Below are positions 1 to 14,068 of a DNA stretch of 64,000 bases, piece by piece. The notes beneath the pieces are model-generated. The model saw nothing but the letters and a program-made list of their open reading frames with translations, had not been told where the DNA came from and did no database searches. Source of the DNA: Piromyces finnis finn. Taxonomy: Eukaryota; Fungi; Neocallimastigomycota. The stretch is from NCBI GenBank assembly GCA_002104945.1, contig MCFH01000001.1, positions 1,984,001 to 2,048,000 of the forward strand, given 5' to 3'. Position 1 is the first letter of the stretch; each line of letters opens with the position of its first letter. A program made the position numbers and the translations under genes.

Positions 1-1514
1 TCATTATTAAAAAAGTAAAAAATAAATGAATAGATAAATAATTATATAGGAAAGTAAATGAATGAATAAATAAAAAACTAATTAAAAAGAAAAAAAAGAA
101 AACTAATTTAATATTAATTTATAAACTATTATTAATATAAGCATTATCTTCTTCATTTATTAAACTATTTATTTCTTCAATATTTTCCTTTTTCTTTTTT
201 TTTTTCTCTTTTTTTGTAAACTTATTTCATAATTTAAAAATATTGGGATTAGATATATAAAGTATCAATGTTTACAACATTTAACTTTACCAAATAACAA
301 AAACATTATATATATTTTATTGAAACAAAAACATCATTATTAAATTCTATATAACTATTTTTTACAATTTGGAATTTTAAACTTTTATGTGAAATCATTC
401 TTTCACAAATGAATACTATATGATATAAATTTTTCTATTGACATAATACTGTTTTCTTTTTTATAATATTAAAATAACAAATAACTTTTTATTCTAAAAA
501 AAAAATAGACTCCATATTTTTAAGTTATAAAATAAAATAATATAAATTCAAACATGAATTGATATATAATTGAGTTAAAAAAAACATGTATTTTATATTT
601 TAACTATTTTTTTTTTTTTACAAAGGTTTTATTATTATCATATACATTTTATAGAATTTATAAAATAACAATTTTTGATAAAAAATATCTCATAAATATT
701 TCGTCATCCAACTAAATATCTTTTATTAGCAACAATAATAATTAATAATTACTCTTTTTATTTTCTTCAATACATGTTGCTATTATAAACTAAACATACC
801 AATACTAAAACTTTATATGTTATGTAAAGTAAACATTACTATTTTTGTATATATATGTATATAATTCTGTAACAGCGACAACAAAAAAGAAGCCAATTTA
901 TGTTTATTTGATTACAAAAAAAAAAAAAAAGAAAAAGATAATAATATCGATAATTAAATTTCTGTAAAATATATTATTTATAAATAATTAGAAACTAAAA
1001 AATTTAACATTATAATTTTTCAATAAAAATCTATTATAAATATTTCTTTTCATAAATTAAAAAAAAAAGGAAATAGTAATATATAGATTTTATATATATA
1101 TATATATATATTAAACATTACATATTTTTTAAAAATCTAAAATATATTTTATATGTTGATTCATATAAATATTATTTTCGATACTCAATTTATTAACAGT
1201 AATAAGAATAAAAATTATTCTTTATTATTTTATTATTATCTCTTTTATTGATATATAAAGATTTTTGATTTTTTAATATTTTTAATATAATTTTTTTTTT
1301 TTTTTTTTGAATAAGTTTGCGTTTTTCATTATAACGATTTTTCAAAATATAATAATTTTCTTTAAAATAACATACATTTTTACTACATTTTTAAAATAAG
1401 AATTTAATTATTTTAAAACTTTAAAATTATTTAAAAAAAACTAAAAAGTGGATATAAACTTCAAATAAATTTTAAAAAGACATTCTTTTTTCTTTTAAAA
1501 AAATAAGAATAAAA

Positions 1515-2775
1515 ATGGACATTGACTGTGAATGGTGTATTTGTGGAAAAAAAACAACTGTAAGTAAACTATAAAAATTTAAAAAAAGATATATTTCTAA
1601 AAAAGAAAAATAATTAAAAAAAAATAATCTTTTTTTTTTTTTTTTTATTCTAGAACGGAAGACTTTATTGTTCAGAAGAATGTAAACTCTCTGATTGTAC
1701 TTCTGATTCTTCTACTAATTCAGATTATTCTCCTCTTTCTAATCATTCACCCAATTTTATACCAAAGTTTTATAGTACTTCATCAAAAAAAATGAATAAA
1801 AATTATATTCAAATAATGAAAGGTGGCAATAATAAGACCATGACTCACAATTATAATTATAATTATATTAATGGTTCTGTTCATAAAAAAAGTAGTTTTC
1901 AAAATAAGATTTCAAATTCTTCACCCATGAATCAAAACCAAATCCCCCTAAAAACCAAATATAATCAAACTGATTTAATGAAATCTTACAGTGGTCTAAT
2001 AACTTCTCCTATCATAGGAATGAATATGAATACTACTGTTGTCACTACCCATGTTAATACTTCTGGTCATATTATTCAAGCCTCATCTTCGGCTCCAAAA
2101 ATCACTGAAATGGATCCTTCAATGATTCCTTCAACCAATATGTATTATAATCGTCGCTATTCTTTACCAATCGGGCATTCTCATCAAATTAGTATTGGAG
2201 CTAATACCCTCAACCATATTTTAGTTAATGTAAATGTACCAGATGAAAATCACATTTCTCTTAATAACTTGGAGGAGGATAAAGTTTTGATATCAACTTC
2301 CTCCCATCTTCCTAGTAAATGTGAGAATGCTATTACTACAAATAATAGTGATAGTAAGCATCAAAAGGATGATAATAAAGCTCTTTATTCTGAACAATCC
2401 ACAAATTATAAAAATAATATAAATAGTTTAGAAAAGACATCTTATCCTATGAATCCTCATTCTTCCGTTACCAAGATTATAAAAAATAACCCAAAAGTAA
2501 TAGTATCTCAATCTGATACCACCAATACTACTTTTAAAAATAGTGGTGGTATTAGCTCAATGATTTCTTCTAATTCTACTCATGAGAATAGTTATACCTT
2601 ATATAAAACTAGCGCTTCCACTAATCTTTGTGCCTTAAATAACACCTCTAACAATATATTATTAAAAAATCGATCCAATTACAATTTTAAATTAATGAAC
2701 AGTGGAATAAAACTTAAATCTAATTCAATAGAATCGGTAGTTTCCAATACGACCGTAACCCCCATCTATTTCTAA
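1515..2775 (+). CDS. Ecl1/2/3-family zinc-binding protein with long Ser/Asn/Thr-rich tail; 2 exons (1515-1559, 1654-2775), about 388 aa
   Basis: Exon 1 MDIDCEWCICGKKTT, intron GTAAG(1560)...TAG(1653), then NGRLYCSEECKLSD in frame with the 1792..2775 ORF. The W-C..C-G-K..LYCS..C motif matches the Ecl1 family and the paralogue at 22385. Confidence 0.8.
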
Positions 2776-3452
2776 AGAAAAATAAAAAATATAGTAAAAA
2801 TTCTTTCTTTCCCATAAAGGTAAAAATAAAAGAAATAAAATAACCTTTAATGAAAATAAGATTTCAATTTTAATACTATATATTATTAGAAAATAATAAT
2901 AATAAAATAAAAAAAAAAAGAGAAAGAAAAAAGGGTTTACTTTAAATGGAAGTAATAAATAATATTATCGTTTTTACTTGAATACTATTGTTATTATTTT
3001 TATTAATATACATATTTATTCAACCATTACCACCTATTAAATTTTATTAATAAAATTCAAAATTCAAAATAATAAAAACATAAATTTTGATAATTAATAT
3101 AAATTAATTACAAGAAAAAACAAAATAAAATAAAAAAAAAAACAAAAAAAAAAAAAAACACCAAACCCATATTTTTGAACCCTTTCTCCATTTTTTTAAT
3201 TAAATATACCTACATCTAAAAACCCAAACCAAAATATTTTTCTTCCTATGTCATGTTACTCATAAATTTGAATTTTATTATTGAAAAATGATAAAAAAAA
3301 ATAATAATAATAAAATAAGCCTTTTTTTTTTTATTTTTTTGTGGATCAATAGTATTTATTATTATCATTTCTTTTTATCTTGTTCTTCATTTTTCACATA
3401 CTATACATTAACATATTATGTATAAATTTTTGAAAACTATCAAATGAAGGAA

Positions 3453-3492
<40 letters not shown>

Positions 3493-4860
3493 AAACTTTT
3501 TCTGTTGTTATTTCTAACTTATTCTCCATAATATATTGAACTTAACATAAATTTATTTAATAAATATATAAATACCTAACCAATATAATAATAATTTTGT
3601 TTTAATGAAGGAAAAAAAACATAATATTATTTTAATAGAAGAAAACTATTAAATTGATTTTAATTTTAATACCTCTTTTTCTCAATAAAAAAATTACTAT
3701 CATTATTATCATTATTATATCTAAAATAGCCTTTGAAAAAATTTAATTACTGTTTAGATCCAATAATGACAACATTAATAATAAGAAAAATTTTCATTTC
3801 GTTAATTTTAGATATTTCCAATTTTTTTGAAGTAATACTCATATCATAATCTAGTATTTTTCTTCTTCTTTGTTTTGCATCAATCATTACATCATATGCA
3901 ATATAAAGTATCTTTTTTATAAATCTTTTCTTATTTTCATATACTTCACTTCTTTCATTACCTATAGTCTAAAGAAATTGTATTGTCATTGCTCTCTTTA
4001 AAAACATAAAAAGATTCAAGTTTTTTATTTTCTTTTTTTATTTTTTTTTTTTTTTTGTAGTTCATTTTGTATTCTCTTATTGAATTTAATAAATCTGCTT
4101 GTAGATGAGAACTTAAATCATTAAAATTTTCTATATTTTTTAAAAAGCATCATAATAATAACCATTTTTATTTTATAACTGAATCATTACTTCTACATAG
4201 ATTTAATTTCTCTAAATTAAAAAGTTCGCTTATATAAGCATTTCTAAATTCAATATTACGTTTACTTTTTAAATTTACATTTTTTTTTCTTTCATTGATA
4301 ACGTGACGTTTAGTTAGAGTACGATTATAATTTTCAATGATATATTTATTAATTTCACTTGATATCATTAAATACATTAAATATTCTAATGTCTATTTAC
4401 AATATTAATATAATCTTCTTCTAATTAATCTTCAATCTAAATTGCAATTTATCAATAATGGTTTCATAATTATTAATACATATATTTGAAAGAATTATTT
4501 TCTTTTATACTTAAATAACTTTATTAAATCCTTTAAAATTATAATTCTTAATTAATATTTAATATTTATTAATTAATAATATAATCAATAATAATTTGAT
4601 GAGTAAAACTTAACCACCATCATCATTTACTTTTAGTAAAAGACTTTTTATTTTTTTAATAAATAAATCAAAAATATTATTTATATTTATTATATTTTAT
4701 TATAAATATATAATAAACGAAAATAATATATATTTTTAATTATTATCAACAATATAATAAAATAAAAGTTAAACATTTTAAAACTAATTATAAAATTATA
4801 AAATTAATTATAATATTAAATAAATATAATCATTGTATTTTATTTTATTTATTTTTTTGA

Positions 4861-5951
4861 TTAAATTTTTATTTTTTTTTCTATTATTTTTACTTTCATC
4901 ATCTTCATTAGAAGTATTATAGGAAAGTTTAAAGGAATCACAAATTTTATAAATATACTTGGCATCAATATTTAATTTTTCGGCTAAATCTGTAGTATTA
5001 CGTTCAGATTTCTTTAAAAATTCATCAATAATTTTTATTTCATTTTCTGGAAGTTCAGATAATGTTTTAATAAAAGATAAATCTAATTTTGAATGGAAAA
5101 ATTTAAATGTAGTTTTAATTTGACTTTTTTCTTATTCCATTCCTTTCTCCAATTTCTTTTCTTTTTTTTTAAACTTTTTTTTTTTAACTACCGAGTGCAT
5201 TTCAATGGTGGTTCTTAGAGAAACGTTGGCTCATTCCTATTGCTAGGTGGTTGTGACCCCCTCCTGATCTGTCATACTGTATCTTCGGCTTCGACGCTCT
5301 CTTAATCCATATACATTAGATGCATGCCGTTGTACGATATTTCCCATTTTTTGTATACATCTTCTGTATCTTCATATCTAAACATTGAATCATTTGGATT
5401 ATTTAAAAATTTGACATCATTTATATCATCTTTGTCATCATTTTTTTTATTATTATATAATAATTTATCTAAATTATCATTGTAAACATTATCGTCATTA
5501 TTGTTTTTATTCTTAATTTTAAATTTAGGTAATTCAATAAAGTGAATTGTTGATAATTTACAATTACAACTATCATTATCCATTATTATTTCATTACCCT
5601 TTTTGTCAATGAGAATATTCATTTTTTCGTCGATTAACTTTCCATTGACATTTTGATAAAACTTTCCTTTATAAAAAGCTACACCATTTCTAGGAAAGTA
5701 TCTATAGCCGATTCTATCGTCAAACATTTTATAATTTAATATATTAATCATAATGATTTCTGGAATAACTTCATATGCCCGTCCTTTTGATACAGTATTG
5801 GACATTAATCTTGAAGCATAAAATTCAGATCGATAAAACATACTACCTACATTTGAAACATGAATTTCAATGTTTATGAGTTCTTCGTCATTCTCTTCTG
5901 AACCATCACCTGATAATAATTTTCTTTTTTTTAATCTTTTAAATTTACTTA
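4861..5951 (-). pseudogene. Truncated, interrupted copy of the Rpn/PD-(D/E)XK_2 nuclease gene
   Basis: Near-identical by eye to 24500..25927 from SKFKRLKKRK onward. The 5' part is missing and about 166 bp (relative to the 24.5 kb copy) is replaced by a foreign insert. An extra A at ATAAGAAAAAAGTCA shifts the frame. The C-terminal part is still alignable to the stop at 4861-4863. Confidence 0.9.
5160..5346 (-). mobile_element. About 185 bp GC-richer insert with A-rich tail; probable 5'-truncated retroposon 3' end
   Basis: Absent from both intact Rpn paralogues. On the minus strand it ends ...GCACTCGGTAGTT followed by A11-GTTT-A9. One frame reads ...RERRSRRYSMTDQEGVTTT*. No target-site duplication seen. 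Confidence 0.6.
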
Positions 5952-7284
5952 TAAAATATAAAAAAGAAATTTATTAATTTAAAATAAATAAATAAATATA
6001 TATATATATAAATATATAAATAAATAAATAAATAAATAAATATATAAATATTTACTATTGCTGTGTAAATATAGTATCTTTTTTTTTATATGTTTAAATT
6101 AAATATATAAATAAATAAAACATTATATTATTAATATATATTTACACATTACACATATTATTCTTAATTAATATTATGGTTGAACATTTAGAATATTTGT
6201 GTGAGTTTGAATAATTAAGTAAAATATAAATATATATAATGTAAGAGGAATCTATTAAAATTTGAATAAAATTGATATATATAGCATTGATAAATATAAT
6301 GATAAATATTTCAAATTAATAAAGGTATCACACTTGATGAAGAGAGTCTTTGGTCATTATATGAAAGAAATAAAGAATATTTTGGCGAGGATATCATTAA
6401 AAACTCATATTTCAGTATGGCTCTTTTATACCGACAAATAAATGTTAATAAATTATTGACCGACCGTGGAAAATTATACAGATATTTTTTATGAAAATGG
6501 TATTACCATTATATATAAATGGATTTATTTACTAAATTGTTAAGTATTATTCTAGAAAGTATGGGAATTAATTTAGAACCAGACTATGTAATGAATCTAT
6601 TTACTGTCTGGAATTTAACTTTTATTAAATTCCAGACAGTAACAAAGCTATTGCTTCATTTTAATCAAGTATAAAATGTTACATAAATAATAATGATAAG
6701 GATAAGGATGTGAATTTATACATTGTTTCCAACGTCATTAATAGCTATATTTATTATAATTATAATGAATAATCAAAAAAATACAAAATGAATGAAAATT
6801 ACGCAGTAAAGGTATATGAATATTTGATGAAAATAAAAAACAATAATTCAAAATTCGGTGGTTTAAATAGTATTAAGTAGATTGGATTATATTATAAAAA
6901 AAAATATTATAAAAATTTAAAATGTCATTACAAATGATTATGATTAATATTATTCCTAATACTAATTGTTATTAATACAAGATTTGTTTTATTTTTTTTT
7001 AAATAAAATTATAATGGATACCTAATTTAAACTAAAAATATTCAATAAATTAATATAACAACTATACAAGTTAGAAAATCAGTAATTTTATAATAGAAAC
7101 CAATTAAAAAAAAAATAACAAATATAGTCTATCTAACATATATTATATTTCATGCATTCAAAAAAAAATATAGTAGAAAACACAATACATATTCAATATT
7201 TATGATATCATTTAAGATAATCCTTAAAAATAGAAAAAAACTTTTTATATATCATCTTTTAGATTTTACAAATGATTTTTGTAC

Positions 7285-7322
<38 letters not shown>

Positions 7323-8086
7323 CGAATATCATTTGAAATTTTCCAATACATAAAAATCAAAAGGTTAATGGCTACTTTTTTTCATTAATGATGAAATATT
7401 CAAATTCTTTGAAGTTTAAATATATATAAGAAATATATGAAAAATAGAATTTTTTTTTAATTATACAAAGTTTTACCAAAGATTTTTATAGAAATGATTT
7501 AATACAATAATAATTTTTTTTTTTTATTTTTAATAGTCTATATTCTTTTAGGAATATTCACATTAAAAAGGCAAATTTTATAGATTATATAAATATTATA
7601 GTGATGTTTTTCTTTTAAAAAAATATGCGCATCTATGATTAATTCTTTATTAACGGTTAGAACAAATATAGCTTATTTTATAAATAATATAATTGAAATA
7701 TATAACATTCTAAATTAAAGGTAATTAAAAGATATTTGATAAAAATTATTAAACAAATATTTTATAAAATATAATTTATATATATAACCATGTTTGTAAA
7801 TATAATGTTTAAAAAAAAAAAAAAAGATTATTATGAATACATATACTTGATATTTGATTTATAATAATAAATTATTAATGAATCAAATAATGATAATAAT
7901 AATGCATAAAAATGCATAATAATAAATATATAGTAATATTATGTTATATAGTATTATTTTTCAAATTTAAATTTTTTTTTTTTTTACACATTTCATTTTT
8001 TTCCATAGATGGGTAGTTAAATTTTTAGAAAATTTAATTTTATATTTCAATTTTTTGATATATACCTATTCCTATCAATTTTTTAT

Positions 8087-10133
8087 TTATTCAGCTTTGA
8101 TTTTATGTTGTTCTTCTTTTGGTAAACTATAATATTTTAATACTTCTTCTCTCATTTCTTCATTACTTTTTGAATACCATTTTTTATTTGAACAAATATG
8201 ATCACGGAATGTTTTTGCTTCTGTATCTTTATTAACATGGCCTGCAAGATGTAATAGGAAATCACCATCTTTATTTAATCCAATATAACTATTAAACCAG
8301 TTTTGTGGTACCACAATATAATGATCATCTTCTTTTGATTCAACCAAAACATTATTCATAGAGGATTGATCTGCATATTTCAAACCTTTTTCAGAATGAT
8401 AATAGGAATAAGACATAGCTCTCATTAAAAAATTGAGTGACCATGGATGAACTCTAATGAGGAATGTACCTGCATTAAGTCCATTAAGATCATCTGCTGC
8501 AATAAGATGAATTTTATTCATTCCTTCACCTGGTAAAAATGCTTCTAATCTAATATTTGGATTTGCAAGAATAACATCACTGTCAACCCAACTATTTTTT
8601 TAATAATACCCAATTATAGGAAAAATAAAAGTATTAAATGATAAAGAATTAGTCATTAAAATAGGTATATGTAAGTGTATAATTACATATTTAATTTAGA
8701 GGATATATAATTTATATTTTTTATATTCTATAATTAAAAGATATTGAAGAGAGTTTAAAAAAAGTTTAAATATTTTTTTTTTTTTAATTTTTATACATAC
8801 AAAATCCAATCAATATTCTTTTCTTTTAATCCAGTGATCATTTTTTCTAGAATGGAATTGAGTTTCATGAAAAATACTTGTCTCTCAGTATCATATTTAA
8901 ACGAATTAAATTGGAAAACATATCCATGAATGGATGCATATTGATAAAATTCACTAATGGCATTTTCATAGATAGAATTAACTTTAATAATATTACTAAA
9001 CATGACAATTGAAATTTTTTCTTTTTTTATTTCCTAATATTCAAAATTATATAAAAATATACATATATATATTATATATATTATCAATTAATAAATGTTA
9101 ATATTTTATATATTTTTTTATTTATAAAAATATATTGAAATATATTGTCATATAGAAGTATTTTATAGAAATATTTTATAGAAATATTAATGAAAATATT
9201 ATGAAAATATTATGAAAATAATAGAAATATTATTAAATTTAAAAAAAAAAAAAAATAAAATAAAAAACTTACTTGTTTCTTAACACATTCATATTTAACT
9301 TGAAGATATTTATGTTTGGATGGACAACTATCTGTAAAGTGTGAACCTCCTGGTCTTAAAGTACAGTAATCTTTTCCTTCACAAATTCCTTTAACATATT
9401 CAATAGGTTCACTAACACATTCTTCATTTACAAGAAGATCTTCTAATTTTGCTTGTTCTCCACCATATCGGATATTACAATGTTTTGTATCGTTTGCATG
9501 TCGACCATAGAATACTTTATTTACTTTTATACTATAGTAAGTAGGACATACAATATCATATCCTTTGTAACCTTCTGGAGGTCTATTAGTTGGTAATTCA
9601 CAAAAGTAAACATCTTTTTCTTTTTTAACATCTTCGAGGGTTTCAAATTTTTTATTATCATAATAGAAAGAGTCATCACTTTTCTTTGTATATGAATAAA
9701 TATTTAATTTTGTTTTATCATCTTTTTCTCTATCAACAGTAATTGGACCTTTTTCTTCCTTTTGGTCTACAAACACAAATCCTTCAGGTAACGGTATTTT
9801 TAAAGTAGTATTCTTTTCATTTTTATCAATATCAATACTGATATCATAAATATCATTATTAATATCATTAATATTGATGGATTTCATATTTTTAGGTTGT
9901 TCTGTCTTTACCGTTTTATTTATGGATTCATCTAATATATCATTTAATAGTGTATTGTTTATTTCAGCGTCATTGGATATATTTATATGAACTATTAATA
10001 AGATAACTATGGTCGATAAAATGATAATAATAATACTTTTAAATCTTTCTACATTTGAATTTTTATATTTAACTCTATTATTCTCTAAAAGAACGTATTC
10101 TTCTTCTTCTTCGGCAAAATTTACCACCGTCAT
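8087..10133 (-). CDS. Type II membrane protein: TM + stem + SUEL/Gal_lectin + GT34 (GMA12/MNN10-type) glycosyltransferase, copy A; exons 10133-9273, 9033-8801, 8591-8087; 532 aa
   Basis: Splicing at GT-AG sites joins three track ORFs in frame and rebuilds the GT34 motif DWIFWVDSDVILANP. LNAGTFLIR and DQSSMN follow. The lectin shows YGRH and DSCPSKHKYLQVKYEC. Confidence 0.9.
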
Positions 10134-12017
10134 TTATTAATTTAAATAAATTATTACTTTAAAAGTTGGTACCAAAAAAAAAAATAAAAAGTATAAATAG
10201 ATAATCTTCGAAAAATTTTTAATATAATTAAAAAAAGAAAAAAAAAATTATCTTTTGAAAGTTTTTAACTTTTTTTTTTTCCATTAATTAAAAAAAAATT
10301 AATTATATTTTAATATATTATTTAAATATATTAAAATCTTTTTTAATTATAAAAAATTAATAATTAAAAAGTATTAGCTATCCAATTCCAATGTAAATAT
10401 TTTTTACCAACATTTGATTTTTCTTCTTTTTTTTTTTAATATTTATTTTTATTATATTATAATTATACAATAGATATATATTATATATATATTATATAGT
10501 TCAATAGATATATATATAATCAAGTAATAAGCAATATGTCATAATTCAATATAATATATTCAACTACTTAAAACATGATATAATATATATATATTTTCCA
10601 TTATTTTATAAAAATATTTAAATATAAAAATATATACATAATATATTTTATATTTACTAAAAAAAGTAAATATTAATTTTAGATATAATGTATATTAATT
10701 TTATTATTAAAATATTAATAGAATAAAAGTTATCATGATAAAAAAAAGTATTATAAAAAAAGAAATTATATCGTTTATATTATTATTATTTAAAATATTT
10801 AAAATACTTTTATTATTTCAAAAAAAAAAAAAAAAAAAACTTCCTATATAATTATTAAAAATAAAACATTCCAAGAATTTATTTTATACCTTTAATTCAT
10901 TTATAGATAAGATTTGGTAAAGAATTTTTCTTTATTTTTGGAAGAATTGTATATAAAAGGGAATTAGAAAATAATATATTAAATGCATTATTTAATTTAA
11001 TATAAATAATAATAAAATATATAATTAAAAATATTTTCATTTACATTTTCATAAATGTATTTTAAATAGTCAGGTATTTAACAAAATGAAAAATATATAT
11101 TTTCAGGGACTTTTATTTTATTTAAATGTTAATTTTGAAAAATAAAAAGATTTTCAATTAAATTCTTTCAATTTTATAAAAAGTGTATAATTAAAAAATA
11201 TATATATATATATATATAAATAATTTTAACACTTTTTTTTTTTTTTTTTTATTATTTTTATTTATTTTATAAAGTGAATTTAACTTTTATAAAAATGTTA
11301 ATACATTTTGATAGTCTTAAAAATATATTTAATAATAGACTTGAATTAACATCTCTCTACTTTTAATGATGATTGTAGTAGATTCTAATTTTTGATATTT
11401 TATCATGTTTAATTTCTAATGTAATTAATAAATATTAAAATGATAGTTTATATAAATTGAATAAATTAATAAGGAATTTAAAAATATAATGTCTAGGTTG
11501 TCTTATTAAATATACCATTACTAGTTTGTTAATGTTATAATTAAAATATACGATAGAATAAAAGTTTTTAAAAATTATTAAATAAATATTTTTAAAAGAT
11601 ATAAAAAAAATTTTTTTTCTATTATCTTAAAAAAAATAAAAAAAAAAATTTGCATTGTTCTAATAATTGATTCATATCTGCTTTATAATAATGAAATATG
11701 ACATGAAAACAAAAATTATTAATAAAGTTATTAATGATGATAATAATGCATAAAAATGCATAATAATAATAAATTTGTTAATATTTATCTTAGATTTTTT
11801 GAAAATAATATTAATTTATGTATTATTATTTTTCCAAGTTAAATATAAAGTTTCTTTCTTACAGATTTCATTATCTATTTCAGTTTTTAAATTATCTTTG
11901 AAAATTTATAATTATTTTTTTCTTTTTTTTTTTTTTAAAGATAAGTAGTAAAATTTTTGAATATTTAATTTTATATTTCAATTTTTTGATATATACCCAT
12001 TCCTATCGATTTTTTAT

Positions 12018-14068
12018 TTATTCAGCTTTGATTTTATGTTGTTCTTCTTTTGGTAAACTATAATATTTTAATACTTCTTCTCTCATTTCTTCATTACTTT
12101 TTGAATACCATTTTTTATTTGAACGAATATGATCACGATATATCTCTGCTTCCTTATCTTTTTTAACATGGCCTGCAAGATGTAATAGGAAATCACCATC
12201 TTTATTTAATCCAATATAACTATTAAACCAGTTTTGTGGTACCACAATATAATGATCATCTTCTTTTGATTCAACTAAAACATTATTCATAGAGGATTGA
12301 TCTGCATATTTCAAACCTTTTTCAGGATAATAATAGGAATAAGACATAGCTCTCATTAAAAAATTGAGTGACCATGGATGAACTCTAATAAGGAATGTAC
12401 CTGCATTAAATCCATTAAGATCATCTGCTGCAATAAGATGGATTTTATTCATTCCTTCACCTGGTAAAAATGCTTCTAATCTAATATTTGGATTTGCAAG
12501 AATAACATCACTGTCAACCCAACTATTTTTTTAATAATACCCAATTATAGGAAAAATAAAAGTATTAAATGATAAAGAATTAGTCATTAAAGTAGGTATA
12601 TGTAAGTATATAATTACATATTTAATTTAAAGGATATATAATTTATATTTTTTATATTCTATAATTAAAAGATATTGAAGAGAGTTTAAAAAAAGTTTAA
12701 ATATTTTTTTTTTTTTTAATTTTTATACATACAAAATCCAATCAATATTCTTTTCTTTTAATCCAGTGATCATTTTTTCTAGAATGGAATTGAGTTTCAT
12801 GAAAAATACTTGTCTCTCAGTATCATATTTAAACGAATTAAATTGGAAAACATATCCATGAATGGATGCATATTGATAAAATTCACTAATGGCATTTTCA
12901 TAGATAGAATTAACTTTAATAATATTACTAAACATGACAATTGAAATTTTTTCTTTTTTTATTTCCTAATATTCAAAATTATATAAAAATATACATATAT
13001 ATATTATATATATTATCAATTAATAAATGTTAATATTTTATATATTTTTTTATTTATAAAAATATATTGAAATATATTGTCATATAGAAGTATTTTATAG
13101 AAATATTTTATAGAAATATTAATGAAAATATTATGAAAATATTATGAAAATATTATGAAAATATTATGAAAATATTATGAAAATAATAGAAATATTATTA
13201 AATTTAAAAAAAAAAAAAAATAAAATAAAAAACTTACTTGTTTCTTAACACATTCATATTTAACTTGAAGATATTTATGTTTGGATGGACAACTATCTGT
13301 AAAGTGTGAACCTCCTGGTCTTAAAGTACAGTAATCTTTTCCTTCACAAATTCCTTTAACATATTCAATAGGTTCACTAACACATTCTTCATTTACAAGA
13401 AGATCTTCTAATTTTGCTTGTTCTCCACCATATCGGATATTACAATGTTTTGTATCGTTTGCATGTCGACCATAGAATACTTTATTTACTTTTATACTAT
13501 AGTAAGTAGGACATACAATATCATATCCTTTGTAACCTTCTGGAGGTCTATTAGTTGGTAATTCACAAAAGTAAACATCTTTTTCTTTTTTAACATCTTC
13601 GAGGGTTTCAAATTTTTTATTATCATAATAGAAAGAGTCATCACTTTTCTTTGTATATGAATAAATATTTAATTTTGTTTTATCATCTTTTTCTCTATCA
13701 ACAGTAATTGGACCTTTTTCTTCCTTTTGGTCTACAAACACAAATCCTTCAGGTAACGGTATTTTTAAAGTAGTATTCTTTTCATTTTTATAAATATTAA
13801 TACTGATATCATTAATATCAATGTTTTTACTTTGTTCCGTTGTTTCTGTAAAATTTAATGTTTTATTCAATGCATCATTTAATAGAGTATCATCTGCTCC
13901 AGTTTCATTGAATGTACCAATATAAATTACTAATATAATAACTATAGTCGATAAAATGGCAATAATAATGTTTTTAATTTTTTCCACATTCGAATTTTTA
14001 TAATTAACTTTATCATTCTCTAATAATGTGTATCCTTCTTCTTTTTTGATAAGGTTTTCAACACCCAT
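12018..14068 (-). CDS. SUEL/Gal_lectin-GT34 glycosyltransferase, copy B; exons 14068-13238, 12965-12733, 12522-12018; 522 aa
   Basis: Same exon structure and motifs as copy A, about 3.9 kb away. The N-terminal TM/stem region is diverged. Confidence 0.9.
13122..13185. repeat. 11-bp intronic minisatellite (ATGAAAATATT), 6 units; 3 units in copy A at 9190-9220
   Basis: Units counted directly. The intron 1 lengths (272 vs 239 nt) differ by exactly 33 nt. Confidence 0.85.

Noticed and set aside
3720-4377. Minus-strand coding-like debris, including the 69-aa ORF
   Set aside because: Multiple stops and no recognisable motif; cannot be assigned.
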